A stretch of 64,000 nt of DNA from Candidatus Roizmanbacteria bacterium (GTDB lineage Bacteria > Patescibacteriota > Microgenomatia > UBA1406 > GWC2-37-13): positions 40,999-104,998 of the forward strand of contig JAAXWC010000004.1 in NCBI GenBank assembly GCA_013335175.1, given 5' to 3'. The position numbers and the translations under genes are program-made. The notes beneath the pieces were generated by a model. It saw only the letters and a list, made by a program, of their open reading frames with translations, was not told the origin of the DNA and did not search any database. Below are positions 31,327 to 41,686 of this stretch, piece after piece (position 1 is the first letter of the stretch; each line of letters begins with the position of its first letter).

Positions 31327-31878
31327 ATGATTCTTGTTGCTTTCTTTATTGCAGTACTTTTTTTTTCCATCCTCGCCCTGTTTGCCTTTCCCATCTTCTC
31401 CCCCATTCCCTACTTTCCTTCAAATGGAAAGGATAAAAAACTCATACTCACTACATTGAAGTTAAAAAATAACCAGGTAATGATCGATCTCGGAGCAGGC
31501 GACGGCTGGGTGGTATTTCAAGCAGCCCATATGGCTTTTCAAAAAAAATTAAATACAAAGTTTATCGCGGTAGAACTCAATCCTATCTTAGTAATGATTT
31601 TGATGATTTTGCGCATTTTTCATCCGAATAGGAATAACATTACCGTAATACGCGGAGATATCTTTTCGATAGATTATTCTCCTTTTCAAACTTCAAACCC
31701 AAACTTTCACATTCTATTTTATATGTATATTTCTCCCTGGCTTATTGACCGCGTAGTTAAAAAAATACGAGCGGCTATCCCCCACTATTCAATGGTATCC
31801 TATTACTATCCGGTAAAAAATATGAACGCATATTCTGAACAGAAAGGAATCCATTCTATTTACCGCTATGAAATATGA
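31327..31878 (+). CDS. Membrane-anchored class I SAM-dependent methyltransferase-like protein
   Basis: PYFPS, IDLGAGDG, AVELNP; start moved to the ATG after TATAAT. Confidence 0.8.
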   Translation: MILVAFFIAVLFFSILALFAFPIFSPIPYFPSNGKDKKLILTTLKLKNNQVMIDLGAGDGWVVFQAAHMAFQKKLNTKFIAVELNPILVMILMILRIFHPNRNNITVIRGDIFSIDYSPFQTSNPNFHILFYMYISPWLIDRVVKKIRAAIPHYSMVSYYYPVKNMNAYSEQKGIHSIYRYEI

Positions 31879-32411
31879 ACTATTTACAAAATCTAGATTC
31901 TCAACTTTCCCACCTTATTTTTCAGTTCATCCCTCATACATCACTAACTGACATATTATTTTCTTTTCTTTCCTTGAAGGGAAACTCTATTGTCATCTGG
32001 CTTCTACTCCTCGGGATATTATTTTTATTTGAAGAAAAACGCAATAAAAAATTTCTCGTTTATTTTATTACCACTTTTGTTATTACCTCATTCATTGTTA
32101 TCGGTATAAAAGACGTAATAAAACGACCTCGCCCCTGTCATGTTTTTCAACCCATTGTTTCGTATCACTGCCCTACCGACGCTAGTTTTCCCTCTGCACA
32201 TGCCGCTGCGGCGTTTGCTTCTGCTCTTATTTTTGCGTACTTTGATAAAAAACGTGCGGGATTTTATTATGGATTGGCCTTTCTCATCGCGCTCTCTCGT
32301 GTATATTTTGGATACCATTATGTAGGAGATGTGGTAGGAGGAGGGGTACTAGGGATTGCGGTGAGCTATATCATATTACGTAATCATCGAGTAACAACAA
32401 GGAGCATATAA
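31875..32411 (+). CDS. PAP2 family phosphatase
   Basis: K...RPRP, SFPSAH, SRVYFGYHY..D motifs. Confidence 0.9.
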   Translation: MNYLQNLDSQLSHLIFQFIPHTSLTDILFSFLSLKGNSIVIWLLLLGILFLFEEKRNKKFLVYFITTFVITSFIVIGIKDVIKRPRPCHVFQPIVSYHCPTDASFPSAHAAAAFASALIFAYFDKKRAGFYYGLAFLIALSRVYFGYHYVGDVVGGGVLGIAVSYIILRNHRVTTRSI

Positions 32412-32489
32412 CGTACAAAAAAATAATCAGTAGACCAGATATTAAACAATCAATCAATTTTTTGTAGCTTCATCCAAAGAAAATGAAGA

Positions 32490-33473
32490 TTATCGATTTG
32501 ACAACTTCCGGTATTTTCTACCTAAAAGAATACCAAGCTTACTCCGTACTGCGACATTATTTTTAGCTCCAAAAAGCAAGCTGTTAATTGCCTCGTTTCG
32601 CCGATTCATATATTCATTATCTGCCTCAGTTAGCGGCAAACCATTATTTCTTTCCGAGAGGTCTTGCATATTCTCCTCAGCATATCCTTCTGTTTGTTTC
32701 AAAATGGGAACCACATCTGCAAGTGTATCAAGAAATAGACAACCTGAATATGACTCTTCTTGGACAATTGCACGAAGTTCTTGGGGTGTAAGAAAGGTTA
32801 TACTACCCACAATCTTGGTTACTGATTCAACGAGATCTTGCAAAGCAACATCTTTTTGTCTTGGGTCTGCAATCTTAAGTACTTCATTAAGTTTATTAGG
32901 TACCTCTTCAATTGTTTTCTTTCCTGTCTCATTATAGTCTGAAACTGAATTACGTGTGCTATAACCACTCAATATTGAACCTTTACTTTTACGAAGTAAC
33001 ATTTCTGTAATAACACGAAACCTCTCTTTATCCCATAACAGTAACATGGTTTTCGCTTGCTCTTCTCGCTCACGCCGCATATATAACTCAACTAAAGGAT
33101 CTAATGCTTGAGTAAATTTTTCTAAATCAGCTTCCTTCAACTCCCACACTTTGGCCGCACTTTTTCGTAATTCATCTACGCTGACAAGTGAAGTTCTTTT
33201 TACTCCAACAACATTTAATCCAAATAATAGCCTCAATTCTGCCTCTATTGGAGGTTTTCTTGGTTCTTTATCATCATTAGGAAATACATACTCAGGATCA
33301 ATAACTGATAGTACATCCTTTATCGAACCACTTTGTCTTATAACATTGAGTCTATGAGATAAAACGTCAACTACACTTCCAAATTGAGAATTATTCTTCC
33401 ATGGGCCTTCTAGTGATTCAAGAGAGCTAGTAGGACCTGTCTGTATTGAGGAAAAGCCTTCAATTTCTGGCAT
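32490..33473 (-). CDS. Hypothetical protein
   Basis: 327-aa ORF with no recognisable motif. Confidence 0.65.
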   Translation of the reverse strand: MPEIEGFSSIQTGPTSSLESLEGPWKNNSQFGSVVDVLSHRLNVIRQSGSIKDVLSVIDPEYVFPNDDKEPRKPPIEAELRLLFGLNVVGVKRTSLVSVDELRKSAAKVWELKEADLEKFTQALDPLVELYMRREREEQAKTMLLLWDKERFRVITEMLLRKSKGSILSGYSTRNSVSDYNETGKKTIEEVPNKLNEVLKIADPRQKDVALQDLVESVTKIVGSITFLTPQELRAIVQEESYSGCLFLDTLADVVPILKQTEGYAEENMQDLSERNNGLPLTEADNEYMNRRNEAINSLLFGAKNNVAVRSKLGILLGRKYRKLSNR

Positions 33474-33563
33474 ATATATTATATATTATCATTCTATCAG
33501 TAATATGCAACTGTTTTTTACATTGCCGCAGTTTTATTTTCTCAAACGAATTTTGCTTCCACA

Positions 33564-34910
33564 CTACAAACTATTCACTTTATCCACGGTGTAGAACTTT
33601 ACCCGATCTCCGCGGAACAGGAGGTCGATTTCTCCAACCGGGCCGTTTCGATGTTTCGCAATCAGAAGTTTCATATTTCGTTTATTGGGATCTAACAAAT
33701 CTTCTGTTTCTTCTTCCTGGTAAATAAACATAACAACGTCTGCATCCTGTTCAATTGCCCCCGATTCACGAAGATCGGCAAGCTGTGGTTTTTTCACATT
33801 TCGCTGCTCCACTGCACGGGAAAGCTGAGAAAGCGCCAAAACGGGAATTCTCAGTTCACGAGCGAGGTTCTTTAACCCCTGTGAAACAAATGAAACCTCC
33901 TGTACGCGCGATTCCATCTTTCGTCCGGCATCCGCAAGCTGTAAGTAGTCTACGATAATCATTTTTAAATCGTGTTCTGCCTTTAGTTTTCGGGCTTTCG
34001 TACGCATTTCCAAAATCGTAGAACCGGGCGTATCATCAATAAAAATGGGGGCTTCAGCCAAATCTCCCATTGCCTCCGTTAAACGTTTCATATCGTCATC
34101 CGATAATCGGCCCGTTTTCAAACGCCATGCATCTATGTCTGCCTGCCCCACCAAAAGACGGTCCACAAGTTCTTCCTTACTCATTTCCAACGAAAAGAAT
34201 CCGACCGGCATCTTGTGTTTTGTTGCTACATTGAGTGCGATATTCAAGGCAAAACTTGTTTTTCCAACACCCGGACGAGCTGCAAGAATCACTAAATTGG
34301 AAGCCTGCATTCCGGAAAGTTTGTTATCTAAATCCGTGTAACCAGTAGGAACCCCTCGCATTGAGTTTCCCCCATCGCGTCCAAACTCCTCCAATCGTTC
34401 AAAACTTTGAGTAAGAATTTCTTTGAGCTGAATAAAATCGCGGTGCATGTGCTCCTGCGAAAGAGCAAAAATCTGACTTTCTGCATGATCCAAAAGCATC
34501 TTTACATCTCCGGTATCTTCAAATGCTTCTTCCACCATTTTAGAAGAAAGCTCAATCATTTTCCGTTTCGTGTAAAACCCCTTAATAATATTGGCATAGT
34601 GCTCCACATACGCCGCCGTAGGTACCGTGTTAATCAAATCGGACAAATAACTTACTCCCCCGATTTTTTTGAGGGTACCCTCTTTTGTTAGAGCGTTTTT
34701 TAAGGTAACAACATCTACGGGCTGTTGCTGTTCAAATAATGAAATGATGGCAGAAAAAATAAATTGGTGTTCTGGTTGGTAAAAATGTTCAGGACGAAGA
34801 ATCTCAATAACCGTAGTAATAGTTGAAGGATCAATTAAAACAGCCCCCAAAACAGATTTTTCCGTATCTAAATCGTGCGGAGGAACTTTCAAGGCATCAG
34901 TCATTGACAT
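33564..34910 (-). CDS. dnaB: Replicative DNA helicase
   Basis: PPHD..TE.SVLG, AARPGVGKT, FSLEM, IVDYLQL, DLRESGAIEQDAD, KHRNGP; no intein. Confidence 0.98.
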   Translation of the reverse strand: MSMTDALKVPPHDLDTEKSVLGAVLIDPSTITTVIEILRPEHFYQPEHQFIFSAIISLFEQQQPVDVVTLKNALTKEGTLKKIGGVSYLSDLINTVPTAAYVEHYANIIKGFYTKRKMIELSSKMVEEAFEDTGDVKMLLDHAESQIFALSQEHMHRDFIQLKEILTQSFERLEEFGRDGGNSMRGVPTGYTDLDNKLSGMQASNLVILAARPGVGKTSFALNIALNVATKHKMPVGFFSLEMSKEELVDRLLVGQADIDAWRLKTGRLSDDDMKRLTEAMGDLAEAPIFIDDTPGSTILEMRTKARKLKAEHDLKMIIVDYLQLADAGRKMESRVQEVSFVSQGLKNLARELRIPVLALSQLSRAVEQRNVKKPQLADLRESGAIEQDADVVMFIYQEEETEDLLDPNKRNMKLLIAKHRNGPVGEIDLLFRGDRVKFYTVDKVNSL

Positions 34911-34912
34911 AC

Positions 34913-35569
34913 TTAGGGAGTAATCTTCATAACCACAACCTTCATCTCTTCTTGCATAATGTCTTCTTTTTTCAGTACGAGTTTATCGATAGGTTCTGGT
35001 TCGGGGACTCCCATTTTATGAATAAATTCATCAACACCGGCAAGAGTAGGAAACTGTTCCTGGTTCAAACCGGGAGTGTTGTAATGCATTGGAATTACAT
35101 AGGTTGGTTCTATTTTCTTTACCAGTTCAGCTGCCTGAGCACTATCAATCGTGTGAAGTCCGCCAACTGGCACCAGAAGAATATCTACTTCTCCGACGTC
35201 TGCGATAAAACCATTATCGGGAACTACTCCTAAATCACCGCAGTGTAAAATGGTGATTCCTTCCATTTCAAATTTGTAGAGAATATTTTCTCCTCTTTCT
35301 GCTCCTTTTTTATTATCATGAAAGGAAGAGTATCCAAAAATGCGCACTTCTTGTTTCTCAAATTCACCGGGCCAATCGATAATTAAGGGATTATCCCCCA
35401 CGGCGGGACTATTGTTATGATCCGGATGCTGATGAGAAACTGTTACAATATCGGCTTCCAGTTTGGGAAGACTAAATCCAACAACCTGAGGATCGAATGG
35501 ATCTGTTATTACTCGAGCAACAGCGGTTTTAATTGAGAAGCATGAATGACCGAAATATTTTATTTCCAT
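34913..35569 (-). CDS. MBL-fold metallo-hydrolase
   Basis: GHSCF, SHQHPDH, HCGDLG, PVGG, IPMHY. Confidence 0.9.
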   Translation of the reverse strand: MEIKYFGHSCFSIKTAVARVITDPFDPQVVGFSLPKLEADIVTVSHQHPDHNNSPAVGDNPLIIDWPGEFEKQEVRIFGYSSFHDNKKGAERGENILYKFEMEGITILHCGDLGVVPDNGFIADVGEVDILLVPVGGLHTIDSAQAAELVKKIEPTYVIPMHYNTPGLNQEQFPTLAGVDEFIHKMGVPEPEPIDKLVLKKEDIMQEEMKVVVMKITP

Positions 35570-35639
35570 AGCAGGTCAAAGATAACAAAAAATCAAACGA
35601 AAGTCAAAAGAAAAACGACAGGAGGGTATAAGAATACTT

Positions 35640-35998
35640 CTTCCCGGGAATCCATGTATTTAGTTTATTGTATAGATTCCCCCGGATCGGCGCAGTCCGG
35701 GGCAGGCTCCTCAGGACGGAATGACCTACAAAAAGAATGGGTGGCACGAGTCAGGGGTCTCACGCACTTTTGATGGTGGTGTAATGCTCAAACTCAAGTG
35801 CGTGGGAAAGACGAGTGGCAGGCCTCCATTCTTTTTGAAGGAGAGAGTATTGATCCACTGGATCCCCTCGTTCGAGGGGATGACGTAATGACCACTGTTA
35901 GGCCGCCATTCTTTTCGAAGCGTTGTTGAATTGAATAGATTCCGGATCACGCTCATTCCATTCGCTGTCCGGAATGACGACAGAAGGTTCTGGAACGA
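35640..35998. repeat. Mosaic cluster of palindromic elements including a 109-bp bulged hairpin (35729-35837)
   Basis: caaaaagaatgg...ccattctttttg; modules recur inverted at 45552-45968. Confidence 0.85.
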
Positions 35999-36002
35999 CA
36001 AT

Positions 36003-36752
36003 CTATTTCTTCCCCACAAGTTGTTTAAATCCTTCAAGAATCTCAACCGGGACCGCAAACACAACCGTATTTGCCGGATTTGAGGTAGAAGACTCGATCG
36101 TTTGTAAAGTACGCAAAGAAATCGCTCCGCTTTCTGTCAAAACCTTCATGGCCTGAGTTAAGTTCTGTGAGGCAGACAGTTCTCCCTGCGATCGAATGAT
36201 AGTCGCTCGTCGTTCACGTTCCGCTTCTGCTTGCTTTGCCATCACACGTTTCATATCTCCTGGAACCTCGATATCCTGAATTTTGATAGCGGTTACATCA
36301 ATACCCCAATCGGTGGTTTCACTATCTACAATCTGCTTTATTTCATCCGCTAATTTTTGTCGTTCTACCAACAATGTATCCAATTCTACCCCGCCGATTA
36401 CATCACGCAGTGCCGTTTGCGCATACTGTGTTATTGCATAGGTATAATCCTGAATTTTCAAAACAGCATCTTCTGGCCTTGTTACCTGAAAATATACCAC
36501 TGCGTTAATGCCAACGGGTACATTGTCCCGGGTAATTACTTCTTGCTGGGGAATATCTGCAGTACGAATACGAACATCCACCTTAATTGCTCGCTGAAAA
36601 ATGGGGACCAATAGCTTTAGCCCTGGTTGCAGGGTGTAAGAATATTTTCCCAGCGTAAGAACGATTCCCCGCTCATACTGATCAATAATAACCAACATTT
36701 TGAAAAAAAGCGCCACCCCGATAATTAAGAGTATCAAAATAACTATTTCCAT
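36003..36752 (-). CDS. SPFH/stomatin (slipin) family protein
   Basis: QYERGIV..LG, Q.VITRDNV, AQTALRDVIG, QAEAERERRA; true start MEIVIL. Confidence 0.92.
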   Translation of the reverse strand: MEIVILILLIIGVALFFKMLVIIDQYERGIVLTLGKYSYTLQPGLKLLVPIFQRAIKVDVRIRTADIPQQEVITRDNVPVGINAVVYFQVTRPEDAVLKIQDYTYAITQYAQTALRDVIGGVELDTLLVERQKLADEIKQIVDSETTDWGIDVTAIKIQDIEVPGDMKRVMAKQAEAERERRATIIRSQGELSASQNLTQAMKVLTESGAISLRTLQTIESSTSNPANTVVFAVPVEILEGFKQLVGKK

Positions 36753-36896
36753 GAAAATATATAAACTTATATATACCTTTAATAGTAGGACGAAACGCAG
36801 CTTTGTCAAGGATATTTCTGTTAACCTCTTCCGGTCATTAAAGCTACGATACAAAGCACAGCACCTGGTTCGTAAGATTTTGGGTTCCGATAGACA

Positions 36897-37062
36897 CAAA
36901 AAGAATGGGTGGCACGAGTCAGGGGTCTCACCCACTTGTGACGCGGGTGTTCTAGAAGTCAAGTGGGTGGGAAAGACGAGTGACAGGCCGCCGTTCTTTT
37001 TGAAACAATGATTCCACCGGATCGACATAAGGCCGGGGCAGGCTCCTCAGTCCGAAATGACG
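36897..37062. repeat. Bulged hairpin element (36897-37002) plus GTCAT-family element
   Basis: Homologous to 35729-35837, with a compensatory change cacgcac/gtgcgtg to cacccac/gtgggtg. Confidence 0.85.
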
Positions 37063-37072
37063 ACAGATCCCG

Positions 37073-37465
37073 TTACTGACAAATCATCTTTTTCACTTCC
37101 TCTTTTTGTTTCTCCGGCAGTTTGTCTACCTGCTTCACCAAATTCCCAACCGTATTTTGAAAAATATACTCTCCAACAACCTCACCTGCTTTTGAAGCAG
37201 TATCTGATGCCAGTGCTGTGGCCTGCTTTGTGACCCCTCCAATCGCCGTTTGCGCCTGTTGAGAGACATCTTTATATACTGCTTCCCATTCAACCGGAAC
37301 TGGAGTTGGTGAAGAAAAAACCGATTGAACACCCAAAACGCGCGGTTTCGCCTTGCTCTTTCCAAAATACAGTGATCCAACCACTACAAATCCGATGACT
37401 CCTGCGGTGAGCCATAGTTTCCACGAAGGAATACCTGGGTTTTTCTCGATCGGATGAATCTGCAT
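37073..37465 (-). CDS. Single-pass membrane hypothetical protein
   Basis: TM helix, VLG motif, helical C-terminus; start trimmed to avoid overlap with the tRNA. Confidence 0.7.
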   Translation of the reverse strand: MQIHPIEKNPGIPSWKLWLTAGVIGFVVVGSLYFGKSKAKPRVLGVQSVFSSPTPVPVEWEAVYKDVSQQAQTAIGGVTKQATALASDTASKAGEVVGEYIFQNTVGNLVKQVDKLPEKQKEEVKKMICQ

Positions 37466-37515
37466 ATGTTCCATTATATTACGAATTCTATGATAAAATA
37501 TTCTGTTATACGAAG

Positions 37516-37587
37516 GCCCAAATGGCTCAGTGGCAGAGCGTGTTCTTGGTAAGAACAAGGTCGTGGGTTCGATTCCCACTTTGGGCT
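37516..37587 (+). tRNA. tRNA-Thr (anticodon GGT)
   Basis: gcccaaa/tttgggc acceptor stem; tgttc-ttggtaa-gaaca anticodon arm; ggttcga T-loop. Confidence 0.95.
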
Positions 37588-37609
37588 CAAAATAATTACC
37601 CTACCTTAC

Positions 37610-38308
37610 TTATTCAGTTTTCTGACTATAAACACCTCGAAAGTTTGAAATTAACGGTATTAATCCAAATAGTTCACCCCGATTATTTAATCCTATCGCT
37701 TCTATAAATTGAAAAACATTTCCAGCATCATTGCGACCATCTATTCTCTGCGCATGTAAAAATGCGGTAACATCAGCTTCATCCCTAATATGAGTCTTTA
37801 ATTGATTTGCTACCAGTCCATAGAGAAAAAGAATTTCATGGCTATATCCATCAAGTTTCCCTTCATCTACATCTTCTCCTCTCACTGAAATCATAGAATT
37901 AATTGTTGTTAATAATTCTCTATTATTGAGATGAGCAATGTACTCTTCAATATTATTAAGCTGCCTTATCAGCTTTCCATCTTTTTCAGTTGTTGCCATA
38001 ATTGGATTTTCTAAAGATATTGTTTGATAATCTCCAGCAAACATATACACTGACAACATCCACATACCATATCTATAAGCCTGTTCATAATCTTGATATC
38101 TCATGGCTGAGAGCATACTGTTCATCGACTTAGAAAAGGCCATCTCCGCAGATTCCTGAGACATTATATGATTTATTATTCGTTCTAAAACTACCGCCGA
38201 ATGCTCATTAGGAAGCATATACTTGAAATTTGTGACAAAAGGAGGTTCTCCATCAACTGAATGGTCTTTTTTACCGCCAAACAATTCTCGAAAATTTACC
38301 ATGAGCAC
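37610..38308 (-). CDS. Hypothetical protein
   Basis: 232-aa ORF next to the tRNA; no recognised motif. Confidence 0.65.
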   Translation of the reverse strand: MLMVNFRELFGGKKDHSVDGEPPFVTNFKYMLPNEHSAVVLERIINHIMSQESAEMAFSKSMNSMLSAMRYQDYEQAYRYGMWMLSVYMFAGDYQTISLENPIMATTEKDGKLIRQLNNIEEYIAHLNNRELLTTINSMISVRGEDVDEGKLDGYSHEILFLYGLVANQLKTHIRDEADVTAFLHAQRIDGRNDAGNVFQFIEAIGLNNRGELFGLIPLISNFRGVYSQKTE

Positions 38309-38361
38309 ATGGTAATAGACGAGTATAAATCTGTCAATAGTAAGTATAAAGTTATTAAAAT

Positions 38362-38892
38362 TTAGGTAGTACTTGTTACAATGTGATAGCTTACAATCGC
38401 AGTAGAAACGATAACGTTTAACGACTTATTTATCCCCCACATGGGAATTTCAACAATCTGATCTACTTTTTGCAACGTTTCCGGAAGCACTCCATAGGTT
38501 TCATTTCCCATAAGGAGCGCAACGGGAAACTGATACGCTTCCTTTGTATACTCCACTGAGGTTGTATCCTGTTCAACGGCATAGACTCGAACACCCTGTT
38601 GCTGGACTTCTACAATTGCCTCTTCTGCCGTTTTTTTGTACTCCCACGGGACAACCTTATAGGTGCCAATCGAGGCCTTTTTGATCCGCGGATTTGGAGG
38701 AATTTCCGTCTCACCACATAAATATATTTTCTTTACTTTTAAGGCATCTGCCAAACGAAATATGCCTCCAATATTGTAGGTATCGTATATATTTTCCAGA
38801 ATAAAATAGAGTGGATTTCTCTCCTGTTCAAGAAATTCCTTATCTATTTCCTCTTCAGGAATCTCTCGCAGTTCCCGTGCATTTAATTTCAT
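38362..38892 (-). CDS. TrmH/SpoU family RNA methyltransferase
   Basis: NIG.IFR, GNETYG, EIPMWG..KSLNV. Confidence 0.92.
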   Translation of the reverse strand: MKLNARELREIPEEEIDKEFLEQERNPLYFILENIYDTYNIGGIFRLADALKVKKIYLCGETEIPPNPRIKKASIGTYKVVPWEYKKTAEEAIVEVQQQGVRVYAVEQDTTSVEYTKEAYQFPVALLMGNETYGVLPETLQKVDQIVEIPMWGINKSLNVIVSTAIVSYHIVTSTT

Positions 38893-39001
38893 CTCTCTAT
38901 TATACCTTACATAATTGTTACTAAGTTTTTGCAGAGAATCCATGAATGGTTGGTATTTTCTAGAGAAAGATTATGAATTAATAATTAAATATGACCTATA
39001 G

Positions 39002-39030
39002 TTGACAGCCAGTCTATCCTGTAGTATAAT
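39002..39030 (+). promoter_or_regulatory. Consensus sigma70 promoter, likely giving a leaderless mRNA
   Basis: TTGACA-N17-TATAAT; ATG 8 nt downstream. Confidence 0.8.
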
Positions 39031-39038
39031 ACGCACAT

Positions 39039-39713
39039 ATGAAACTGAACAGTATGGCTACCGCAATCGCTTTTGGAGCCTTATTCTTTCTCATCTCCGC
39101 AAAAACAACATTTGCTCAGTACGGGTGTACTGGCCAATATGGTCAATATGGAGGTTGCACTCCTTCTCAATCGCTTGTGGTAGATAAAACTGTCGGAAAA
39201 CCAGTACAAGATAAGGGGGGAACAACCCTTACCTATGTAGACAATCTTACTTCTTCCGATGTTCATTTTTTTGCGAAAGATTCGGTCTATTTTCAGATTA
39301 AAGTAAAAAATACCTCAACCACAGTTGCACCAAATGTAATCTTAAAAGACACTCTTCCTTCTTATCTCTCCCCTGCTTCGTATCCTGGGACCTACGATAC
39401 AACCAATAACGTTATCACGATCTCTGTAGGAGATTTACAAGTAAACGAAGAAAAAACCTACACCTTTCGAATGGTTGTCGCGCCACAAGAAAAACTTCCT
39501 GCAAATCAGGGTATTATCTGTCTGACCAATAAGGCAGAAGCCTATTCGGGAAATATTTCTGATAATGATTCTTCACAGTTTTGTATTGAAAAACAGGTGT
39601 CAAGCGGTATTCAAACCGTACCTGCTACTGGTCCGGAAATGGGAATAGTTATCCTTGCGGGAGAATTCGCCGCATTGGCTGGTGGAATTGCTCTCAAAAA
39701 GAAACTCGGCTGA
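39039..39713 (+). CDS. Secreted DUF11-like domain protein with LPxTG-like anchor
   Basis: Signal peptide; V.F.I.VKN...V.LKDTLP; C-terminal VPATG, TM helix, KKK. Confidence 0.8.
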   Translation: MKLNSMATAIAFGALFFLISAKTTFAQYGCTGQYGQYGGCTPSQSLVVDKTVGKPVQDKGGTTLTYVDNLTSSDVHFFAKDSVYFQIKVKNTSTTVAPNVILKDTLPSYLSPASYPGTYDTTNNVITISVGDLQVNEEKTYTFRMVVAPQEKLPANQGIICLTNKAEAYSGNISDNDSSQFCIEKQVSSGIQTVPATGPEMGIVILAGEFAALAGGIALKKKLG

Positions 39714-39926
39714 TTCCTACTTCATTATTACTGTCCTTTCACGATTCATTCTAATTTGTTATGAGAAACTTTCCTGTTCTTATCTAAAATACTGTGCAAT
39801 AGCCGTACAGATGTTTTCCCTTTTAAAAAGAACACGTGCATTATGAGTGTGGTTTTATTTTGCGTTAAACCTATGCACTGCAATGCACTTTGAAAGTTTA
39901 AGGAAAAGAAAAAAGGAGGTTTCCGT

Positions 39927-40907
39927 ATGAAGAAACCAGTCTTGATCATCATCATCGCGGCATGTATCTGGCTTATGTTTGCTATTACAGTCGTAGTACT
40001 TAATTCTGCGCCCGTGCCACAAACCAAGGCACAGGTGATCGAAGAAACACCCGTCGTTGCTACGATAGCGGTTAGCGCTACCGGAGATGAAGTTACTATT
40101 GAGGTAACTCAGGAGATAACTTCCAATAACTCCTCTACAGTTTCTATTACAGAAGAGGTAACAGAGAACCCCACAACAGAAGCACCCGTTACTACAGATA
40201 TCCCAACTACCGAACCGCCAACACCAGACATTCTCACCACAGTTGCAGAAACTACTGCAGCAGATCCAATTGTAAGGAGTCTCAATTTACTTGGATTCAA
40301 TTCAGCAGAAGACTTATTTACCTATTTTAATATGTTTGTAATGTCCCCAAACGATATTCAAGCATGTCCTGGTGAACCCGATGCGTGTGTAAGGATAGTC
40401 CGTCCGGACAATCCATTTACAATGACAAATGTAACTTTGACTACGTTTGATGGCCAAAGCTGTCAAGCAAACTCTTCTGGGATTATTCCCGGCGGGCCAT
40501 TTTGTGTCTATGGAGTAACAATACGACCGTTTCTAAAACCGGCCGGTTCAGATCCACAGACATCTATGATAACAACCGTTTTTGCAGCCGAAACAACACC
40601 AACACTACCACCCACAACCCCGACGCTGACCGCACCAATACCAGAGACTACCCCAACTGTTGCACCCCCGTGGGCACAAGCAGACGCCTTATCATTTTTT
40701 GGTATCACCGAAGCCGTTACGGTAACCAGCTGTCCCGGAGAACAGCGTTGTTTTTCCGTTATAAAAAGAGATACATCCGGGATAATTACCCCGTTCCACA
40801 TCATCAATCCCACAGATAAGTGGATTGATGGCCAACTATCTAATGGCAATACGGGCATTCCCCCCCAGTACAACGGACTTGTTCTTGGAGCGACACTGCG
40901 TCCTTAA
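39927..40907 (+). CDS. Exported Thr/Pro-rich protein with two copies of an unrecognised Cys-pair domain
   Basis: N-terminal TM; CPGE..C..PF..N.T..DG..G.T.RP twice; SD AAGGAGG. Confidence 0.8.
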   Translation: MKKPVLIIIIAACIWLMFAITVVVLNSAPVPQTKAQVIEETPVVATIAVSATGDEVTIEVTQEITSNNSSTVSITEEVTENPTTEAPVTTDIPTTEPPTPDILTTVAETTAADPIVRSLNLLGFNSAEDLFTYFNMFVMSPNDIQACPGEPDACVRIVRPDNPFTMTNVTLTTFDGQSCQANSSGIIPGGPFCVYGVTIRPFLKPAGSDPQTSMITTVFAAETTPTLPPTTPTLTAPIPETTPTVAPPWAQADALSFFGITEAVTVTSCPGEQRCFSVIKRDTSGIITPFHIINPTDKWIDGQLSNGNTGIPPQYNGLVLGATLRP

Positions 40908-40910
40908 CTT

Positions 40911-41130
40911 TTCTTATCCTAAACCAACACGAGGTGTTGAAGACCTTTTATACCTTCATGCATAGTTCTTCAGCACCTTTTTTGTATCCTATCATTTCCT
41001 ACCTATTTGTTACCTTCTTTTCACACTCTTGCATGAGGTCGTATGAGATAAAGAGGTGTTTTACATTTCATTCATGCATTAGCCGCGTGAAAGAGAAATG
41101 CCGCACTTTTACACATCGGTTTAGGAAAGA
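40911..41130 (+). other. Candidate multi-branched RNA/DNA structure
   Basis: tcctaaacc (40917-40925) pairs with ggtttagga (41118-41126) and encloses three hairpins. Confidence 0.4.
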
Positions 41131-41162
41131 GGTTCATAGCCTCGATTTGAGAGTGAATACGA

Positions 41163-41248
41163 ACGTCACTCCCGCTTGTCGGGAGTCATTGTGAAGAGAT
41201 ACGGGCAAAACCGAACAATAACAACGATTCCGGACAAGCCGGAATGAC
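41163..41248. repeat. Palindromic element pair
   Basis: gtcactcccgcttgtcgggagtc ... aacaacgattccggacaagccggaatgac. Confidence 0.8.
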
Positions 41249-41314
41249 AATACTATTCTCCCCAGATCGAGGTTATGCAACCTTAATATATTATTAAGAA
41301 AAGGAGAATATAAC

Positions 41315-41686
41315 GTGACAGAAAAAAAAGAAACTCCAGATCTTATTGCTCAAGAGGAACGAACAGAAGTCGAAGAGGCTCTGTTAACCATTGCCAGAGA
41401 GCTCACTGCTCTCAAAAAACAAACCAAGGATCAAGTACAGGGCTTACAAGCACAAATAGAAGCTCTACAAACAAAAAACGCCCAACTCGAGAGCCAACTC
41501 AAAAAACATGAAACAGCTATTTACAAAGAGTATCAGCCGGTAAAATTTCCTCCCAAAGAGGAAATAAAACCCATTATGCCACAACAAGCACAACCTTCTC
41601 AAAAAAAGAGAACCTTTATGAGTGATTTCATGAGTGCGTTAAAAGGAGAAAAAAATGGCGGTATTGATTCCTCCCGCACGCCCTAG
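41315..41686 (+). CDS. Coiled-coil hypothetical protein
   Basis: GTG start with AAGGAG; heptad pattern. Confidence 0.7.
   Translation: MTEKKETPDLIAQEERTEVEEALLTIARELTALKKQTKDQVQGLQAQIEALQTKNAQLESQLKKHETAIYKEYQPVKFPPKEEIKPIMPQQAQPSQKKRTFMSDFMSALKGEKNGGIDSSRTP

Noticed and set aside
35729..35837. Hammerhead ribozyme or known riboswitch
   Set aside because: No CUGANGA core on either strand; copies occur in both orientations and inside a CDS
36753..37028. N-terminal extension of the SPFH ORF (also extensions at 42641, 50008, 37579, 31291, 54958)
   Set aside because: They run through repeat elements, a tRNA or promoters; downstream ATGs fit family N-termini and -10 spacing
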